Source of the DNA: Macrostomum lignano
Lineage: Eukaryota
Assembly (NCBI GenBank): GCA_002269645.1
Contig: NIVC01000118.1
Location: 186,001 to 250,000 of the forward strand
Length of the DNA: 64,000 nucleotides
Reading direction: 5' to 3'
The position numbers and the translations under genes were made by a program. Every line of letters starts with the position of its first letter. Position 1 is the stretch's first letter. The notes under the pieces are model-generated. The model was not told where the DNA came from. It made no database searches and saw nothing but the letters and a program-made list of their open reading frames with translations. Shown in pieces: positions 58,101 through 64,000 of this stretch.

Positions 58101-61100
58101 ATAAGTGTGCCTAGTCAACCATGAAATCCAAGTTTAAAAAAAGATACACGATAGGAATAAACCCGGAAAATTGCGTTAAAAGACACAAGCTCCTCAGAAT
58201 TACGCATAGGTGAGATTATTACAAGAGAATATGAGTCCTTCTCGTATAATCAATCAACACAGCACTGGCATATAGCTTAACAGATCGGCTGTTCTTTCAT
58301 TAAATATTTTGTAAACAATATAAACAATTAAAAGTCAACATAAACAGGCAGATAGGAAGCTGTGTATTAAGAAACTTAAACAAGTTAGAAATAAACTTAT
58401 GCGTTGAAAAATAGTTGTTGCAAAAATTAGGAATTAGAAAAGTGAAACTTGTGTTCTTTTACGGACAAATAACATCTACTCGGGCAGAGAGCAAGTACAC
58501 GGATTGAATTAATAAATAAACCAGAAAAAATAAAGTAAGCTGGAAGCCTCCTACTCGACAATTCTATACGTACCTCATCAAAACTGAAAGCGCCGTTAAA
58601 GTGGTGATAAACAGCGCACCAAAACTGGGTCTGTTTAGCCATGCAGACACGCGAGATTTTCGATAGAGCGACTGAACGGGGCTGAGGGTTCAGCTGGGGG
58701 GTAGAGAGGGATAGAGAGGGGAGATGAGAGGTAGGGGAGACAGAGGGGAGATGAGAGAAGCAGGGGGCAGGGGAGATGAGAGGCAGGGGAGATGAGAGGC
58801 AGGGGGAGATGAGAGGCAGGGGAGATGAGAGGCAGGAGATGAGAGGCAGGGGGAGATGAGAGGCAGGGGAGATGAGAGGCAGGAGATGAGAGGCAGGGGG
58901 AGATGAGAGGCAGGGGAGATGAGAGGCAGGGGGAGATGAGAGGCAGGGGGAGATGAGAGGCAGGGGGAGATGAGAGGCAGGGGAGATGAGAGGCAGGGGG
59001 AGATGAGAGGCCGGATCAGCAGCCGAACTCCTCCGTGAGGCGGTCCCAGTAGGATATGAGGCTGTCCAGCCCAAACAGAAAGTTGGTGTCCAGACCGCCA
59101 ACCTCGCCGCCGCAGCGGTGCTTGGCGTGGGCGAAGTCCACCATGCGGACCACCACCCGGCCGACATCCGCAGATGTCGCCGCCCCGGCCTCCCCGCTGA
59201 CGCCCTCGTAGCCGACCAGGATCGAGCTGGCGTAGAAGCGGTAGCTGGTCTGTCTGGCGAACCAGCAGCGCAGCCGGCGCAGCTGCCTGACGACCTCGGC
59301 GGCGACTCTGGCGGCTCGTCGGCGGCACCCGGCGCCCTCGATGAACGGCAGGAGGCCTTTGGTGTACACTCCCGACTCGTTGAGCAATCGGCCGTGCAAA
59401 ACGCTGTAAAACTTGGCTTTGTCCCGACCGGGAAGGTGCACCTGCGTGTTGAATGGGATTCAGGTTAGAGCTGGCTGGCTTCCTTGCGACTAAGTTTCTT
59501 TTAGCTACTAGGCTTGCTTTTATGCAGGTACTTCTGTGCGATACCAGCTTTCATTCTCCAATTTTGCTTACTGTCTTAGCTCACACTACCTCTACCTTTT
59601 CACAACTCCTCCCCTTCATCTCACACTCCTTCCCTCCATCTCACTCTCTTCCTTTTATCTCCCAGTCCTTTACTTCATCTTACACTCGCTTCCCTTCATC
59701 CCACACTCCTTGCCTCCATCTCACACTCCTTCCATCCAATCTCACACTCCTTCCCTTCATTTCACACTCCTTCCATCCAATCTCACACTCCCTTCATCTC
59801 ACACTCCTTCCCTCCATCTCACACTCATTCACCTTCATCTTACACTCTCTTCTTTTTATCTAACACTCCCTTCATCTCAGACTCCCCTCCTTTCATCTCA
59901 AACTCCCTCCTTTATCTGAAGCACCCTTTCCTCCATCTCACACTCCATTTCCTCCCTCTCACACTCCCACCTTTTATCTCACACTCCATTTCATCCATCT
60001 CACACTCCCTACCCTTCATCTCACACTCCATTTCCTCCATCTCACACTCCCACCCTTCATCTCACACTCCATTTCCTCCATCTCACACTACAATCCGTTA
60101 ATCTCAGTCCCTTCGATTCGTCACACTCTTGTCCCTTCATCAATCGCACCGCCTTTCCCAGCTGAAAAGCCATCAGCCACACAGCTCTAAAACAGAGCGA
60201 GGTGAGCTATTATGGTCTCACCTTGAACCCGGTGACAATAAAGCCGACTTTGTCCCTATGCGCGTACATCGCCCTCTGCAGCAGGTGCTTGGACACCGAC
60301 GCCCCTGGCGGGGTGCTTCTGGCGCCCATTTTGCAGTCCATGACGCACGGCCGCTTCAATTCGTACAGCACGTCCTCCAAGCCGAGGTAGAACTGGCCAG
60401 TGTCGTCAGCTCTGAACAGGCCGTAGTAGGCGGGCAGGAACTCGCGCAGACTGACGGAAGCCTCAGCTGATCTGCAGCCAGCCAGGTGCTTCTCGCTGTA
60501 CACAGCGGAGTAAAACTGCGCCTCCTGCGGCCCCTTCGGCGGCTGCTGGACAGGCTTGAAGAGCACACCGCCTGAGCACACGATGCCGTGGCCGGAGACG
60601 CACAGCAGGCCGTGACCTCCAACCTGATGGCCATACTCTTGCAGCCCGAGTGGCAGCACCTGCAGCTGGTGCCGCGGGTCTTCGTCCGCCACAACGCTGA
60701 TCTCGCCATCATCTTCAACAGCAGCTGTTGGCCACTGACCTCGAAGACCGCGCGAACGGCAGAGGCACAGCAGCTTATAGAATGACAGAGGCAGCTTTGC
60801 TGATGTCTTGATTCAACTTTCAATTCCAGCCCTGGCGTCTCGCTGCCGAGCTGAGGCCTTCGGCTCCAAGTTTAATATCGGAGCAGAAATAGGCGCCCCA
60901 GCAACTGCGCACTGGACAGGCACTTCCTGTTGTCGCTGAGGCCAATTATTATCTGCAGAGCGATTCGCACCAACCGGACATTCCAGCTTTATTGCCAAGC
61001 AAAAATAACTTAATTCTACGCGTCTTCTTCTTCTGCTGTCTGCTTCTTTGATCGAATTGTTGACGGGAAGAAAATTTGTGCTCGTTTTTGTTGCGTTGTT

Positions 61101-63990
61101 GTTCTTTATCGCAATAATATAAAGACACAAGGCGCCCGTTGTCAAATATATATATACTAGTAAATATGCGTAGGCTCATGCATATAAACATATATATATC
61201 AGTTTCTCTCAGGTGGAGAATGCACGCTGCTTATCGCTAGTGTCCAATGGATATTTAAGTGCCTTACACTCTCTCTCTCTCACACGCTATTCTCTGGCAC
61301 ACGTCCTACGCCCAGAGCAAACAGATATTCATGCACGCTAAAGCACTTAAAAACAAGATCCACCACCTACCCACTCAGCCAGCCAGTCAGGCCCCACGCA
61401 GCTATTCGCAGCTAGCCGTTTCCATACGTCACGCCGCGTACAATACAGCGCAGTTGGGTGTATGTACTTTGTTTAAAAATACATACACGGTAACATGTAC
61501 GTCATTCTGCTCTGTGTTTCATAAGTGGTTGGGGGTAGAGGGCAGAGGGAGCGCAGTGACCAACTCGCGCCTCTTCAAATCTTTTATTTTACCTTAACTA
61601 ATTGGCTGCAGCCGCACTGTATACCTCTGTCTATGTATTTAAACAGACCTATCTAGTCCACACACAGAGTCTAAAGCGCTGCAATCTCCATGGCGACCCA
61701 GTTAGAGGCGAATCTGTCCCTCTCTCTTTAATGGGTAGGTTTAGACAGAGACAAGCAGCAGTGCTCTTAATAAGAAATATCAAGGGGCGGGTGAGTGTCT
61801 ACTCTAATTCTTAATCAATTTTGTGAATTTTTTGAGTTGTTTAAAAATAGCATCAAAGTTGAAAGATCTCAGACTGACTTGTATGATAACCTAAAAAATA
61901 ATTAATAACCCAACCCAACCTAAAAGCTAATAAGCTTGATACAGCGTACTACTGTACTTGTATTGAATAAATGCTGATTTTGAAAAGTTTATAAAGAAAC
62001 ATGGTGTATAACGAATACTACACAACATATCGGCTGTACCTTTTTAGATATCCACTCCCTGCCGAACACATAGGCGTTGCCCATCATTGAGTCGAGCAGC
62101 TTTTGCAGATTGTCCGTTTCAGGCAGCAGTCTGCGACAAAACAGAGAAAAAAATAATTAAAGAATTTGTCGGTAAACAAACTGCTTTGGAAACCCGGGTA
62201 ACCAGCAGGGAGGGGGGCGGGCGTCTGAGAAATGGCGTGACGCCTAATTCTAGCAGTGCACTCTTGCGAGTAGAATTTACTCCCTCTGTCGCTCTTTCTC
62301 TCTCTGTTACACATTCAAGTTCCGAACAATAGCACAAAGGTATTACCAGAACAGTCATTTACGGTGAAAAAACACGAAGAAAAATACGCCCATAAATTTT
62401 ACTTGAAAACGCTAGTTTTTCTACTGACATAAGTAGAAAACATGGCGTATTATTAGACAAAGAGTAAATTTTGTACAAAAAATCAAGTATACAGTAGAGT
62501 TACAATTTAATAGAACCTACGTATTCGAGGCTGTAATCACGGTGTTGTTAAGGACGCGACTCGTCATAGTAACCAGCTCAATACTCTCCCTTTGCACCTG
62601 AAATGGTTTAAGTGAAAAACAACAATATACAAAAAGGAATGATGACTACACACAACACAATAATTTTATTACCAACCTGAATAGCCAGGAAAATGGTGAG
62701 AAACACGGACGCGCTCAGAACCAGCAGAATAACAAAAATGCTGACAATTGCGTCTAGTGAACTGGTTAAAATGTCCGACATCTGTTAAAATAAAAAAAAT
62801 AGACAGTCAAGTAATTGTCGATGGCCGGTTACCTGTGGAGCATAAGTTAATCCATCGACTCCGGACCGCCCCAGCCTAACACCTGGTAGCCTCACCCGCT
62901 ATTTATTTAGCTCCATACAGACCCGTCAACTGATGCAACCTTGTGAAATTCAACGATAAAAAGATATAAAAATACGCTACTAATCTACTGATAGTAAAAA
63001 CATGGGACTTTCAGCAATTATTAAAATATTTTTTATGATGGACCCTAACGAGCATAAAAACGTTACCCATATCTGTTAGACACAAATAATACCTGCTAGA
63101 CAGGAATAATACGTGTTAGACAAGAAATATACCAGTTAGACAGGAAGTATACCTGTTAGACAGGAAGTATACCTGTTAGACAGGAAGTTTACCTGTTAGA
63201 CAGGAAGTATACCTGTTAGACAGGAAGTATACCTGTTAGACAGGAAGTATACCTGCTAGACAGGAAGTATACCTGTTAGACAGGAAGTATACCTGCTAGA
63301 CAGGAAGTATACCTGCTAGACAGGAAGTATACCTGTTAGACAGGAAGTATACCTGTTGGACAGGAAGTATACCTGTTAGACAGGAAGTATACCTGTTAGA
63401 CAGGAAGTATACCTGCTAGACAGGAAGTATACCTGTTAGACAGGAAGTATACCTGTTAGACAGGAAGTTTACCTGTTAGACAGGAAGTATACCTGTTAGA
63501 CAGGAAGTATACCTGTTAGACAGGAAGTATACCTGCTAGACAGGAAGTATACCTGTTAGACAGGAAGTATACCTGCTAGACAGGAAGTATACCTGCTAGA
63601 CAGGAAGTATACCTGTTAGACAGGAAGTATACCTGTTGGACAGGAAGTATACCTGTTAGACAGGAAGTATACCTGTTAGACAGGAAGTATACCTGCTAGA
63701 CAGGAAGTATACCTGTTAGACAGGAAGTATACCTGCTAGACAGGAAGTATACCTGCTAGACAGGAATAATACTCTACATGCAAATCTTTACTTTAAGTAG
63801 TAAAACTAGCAAAAATGTAGTTTTATCAATCCAAACGCTACCTTTCGATCGCCCCGCAGCAGCAGCTTGTAGATGCCCCTGACGGGGAACGGGGCCAGGG
63901 CTTCTCGACGGCTTTCAACCAGTTGCATCGCCTGGCTGTAGGCTGAGCTGGCCCAGCGCTTTGCCAGCTGGCTGCCTCCGATGCTGTCAC
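49159..63990 (-). CDS. TMEM245: Transmembrane protein 245 (AI-2E/PerM-like C-terminal region), last 9 exons; the 5' part lies beyond the window end
   Basis: complement join(63990..63842,62781..62677,62597..62521,62130..62040,56558..56250,55320..55198,54129..53987,52234..51959,49375..49159); all junctions are GT-AG and frame-consistent. Recognizable TMEM245 segments occur in the expected order: REALAPFPVRGIYKLLLRGDRK, LDAIVSIFVILL, VQRESIEL, LPE...YVFGREWI, KIEEQVLQLWDRLY, LESLWIV, FYGLYTSLTH, GHPYLTGLSVAGG...GAIFGPILL. Confidence 0.95.
49421..49920. repeat. Seven copies of a palindromic ~20-bp motif (TTTCGATACATATCGGCAGC) at ~80-bp period with diverged spacers
   Basis: Cores at 49424, 49507, 49584, 49660, 49742, 49818 (degenerate) and 49902. 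Confidence 0.85.
50170..51810. repeat. 23-bp minisatellite (CCTGAAGGTTGGGAGGCGGTTTA), last TMEM245 intron
   Basis: About 70 tandem copies. Confidence 0.97.
51847..51907 (+). mobile_element. Possible tRNA-derived SINE head fragment
   Basis: B-box GTTCGATTCC at 51885-51894 in an imperfect T-stem (CTTAG/CCAGG), with a weak A-box-like TGGAGGCAGAGC upstream. There is no anticodon arm, so it is not a tRNA gene. Confidence 0.3.
52258..52950. repeat. 49-bp minisatellite (AAGCACCAGTTTAAACCTACCTGAGAACCCTGGATAAAGATGGTTACCT)
   Basis: About 14 tandem copies. Confidence 0.95.
53580..53980. repeat. 12-bp purine-rich repeat (GAGAAAGAGGG[G/A])
   Basis: Seen directly. Confidence 0.92.
54290..55160. repeat. 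~21-bp CT-rich minisatellite (CTCTCCTCTGTCTACCTCTCA)
   Basis: Tandem copies. Confidence 0.92.
55445..56195. repeat. ~24-bp minisatellite (ATCTCCCTCTCTACCTACCTAAGT)
   Basis: Tandem copies. Confidence 0.9.
56622..56860. repeat. 34-bp minisatellite (GAGTGGGGTGGCTGGCGGAGAGGCTCAAGAATCG)
   Basis: About 7 copies. Confidence 0.93.
57515..57800. repeat. ~14-bp degenerate repeat (TTCGGGATTCCC[C/T]T)
   Basis: Tandem copies. Confidence 0.85.
58715..59010. repeat. ~17-bp minisatellite (GAGATGAGAGGCAGGGG) immediately 3' of the IPMK stop
   Basis: Tandem copies. Confidence 0.92.
59016..60773 (-). CDS. IPMK: Inositol polyphosphate multikinase (IPMK/Ipk2/ArgRIII-like, IPK family), nested in a TMEM245 intron; start codon unresolved
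   Basis: complement join(<60773..60222,59441..59016); phase-0 GT-AG intron (GFK|VHL). IPK motifs: HQVGGH, LFKPVQ, E..FY, LEDV, PCVMDCKMG (PxxxDxKxG), RFYASSILVGYEG, RMVDFAH, DTNFLFGLDSLI. The 'M' at 60692 in the ORF track is a GTG. Confidence 0.93.
59590..60110. repeat. CT-rich degenerate minisatellite (CATCTCACACTCC) filling the IPMK intron
   Basis: Seen directly. Confidence 0.85.
63085..63770. repeat. 20-bp minisatellite (ACCTGTTAGACAGGAAGTAT)
   Basis: About 34 copies; each contains the hairpin CCTGT-TAG-ACAGG or a one-base variant. Confidence 0.97.
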
Positions 63991-64000
63991 CTAAGGGGAG

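Noticed and set aside
61684-61697. RFX X-box-like motifs upstream of IPMK (GTCGCCATGGAGAT on -) and of ODF3 (GTTGTCATCGAAAC, ~17935-17948)
   Set aside because: Each has mismatches to a degenerate consensus, so neither is supportable without conservation or ChIP data.
62782-63110. A TMEM245 micro-exon matching the short vertebrate segment after '...DSK'
   Set aside because: No convincing in-frame candidate was found, and exons 63842 and 62781 join directly in frame.

Overview
This is eukaryotic (invertebrate metazoan) DNA, not prokaryotic. Short GC-rich GT-AG exons sit in AT-rich spacers, and almost every intron is packed with its own micro- or minisatellite, so most of the supplied ORF track is repeat-derived noise. 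The style suggests a free-living flatworm such as Macrostomum; this is an inference and was not verified. Five spliced genes could be assembled by hand with frame-consistent GT-AG junctions. They are a sphingosine-1-phosphate phosphatase (+, 8043-12122), ODF3/SHIPPO-repeat (-, 17104-15339), an ephrin with a signal peptide and a GPI-type tail (+, 19245-40110), the 3' half of TMEM245 (-, 63990-49159, continuing beyond the window) and an inositol polyphosphate multikinase (IPMK; -, ~60773-59016). The main observation is that IPMK lies wholly inside a 5.5-kb TMEM245 intron on the same strand. Its first kinase exon has no in-frame ATG, and a phase-0 acceptor just upstream would be in frame with either a flatworm spliced-leader AUG or the preceding TMEM245 exon. 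The window also holds a fossil Tc1/IS630-type transposon, an intact hAT-type MITE with an 8-bp TSD, a regularly spaced palindrome array, a candidate membrane microprotein, a higher-order tandem duplication, and minisatellite families that recur without shared flanks. All coordinates were read by eye. Exon boundaries were frame-checked, while repeat boundaries and copy numbers are approximate.
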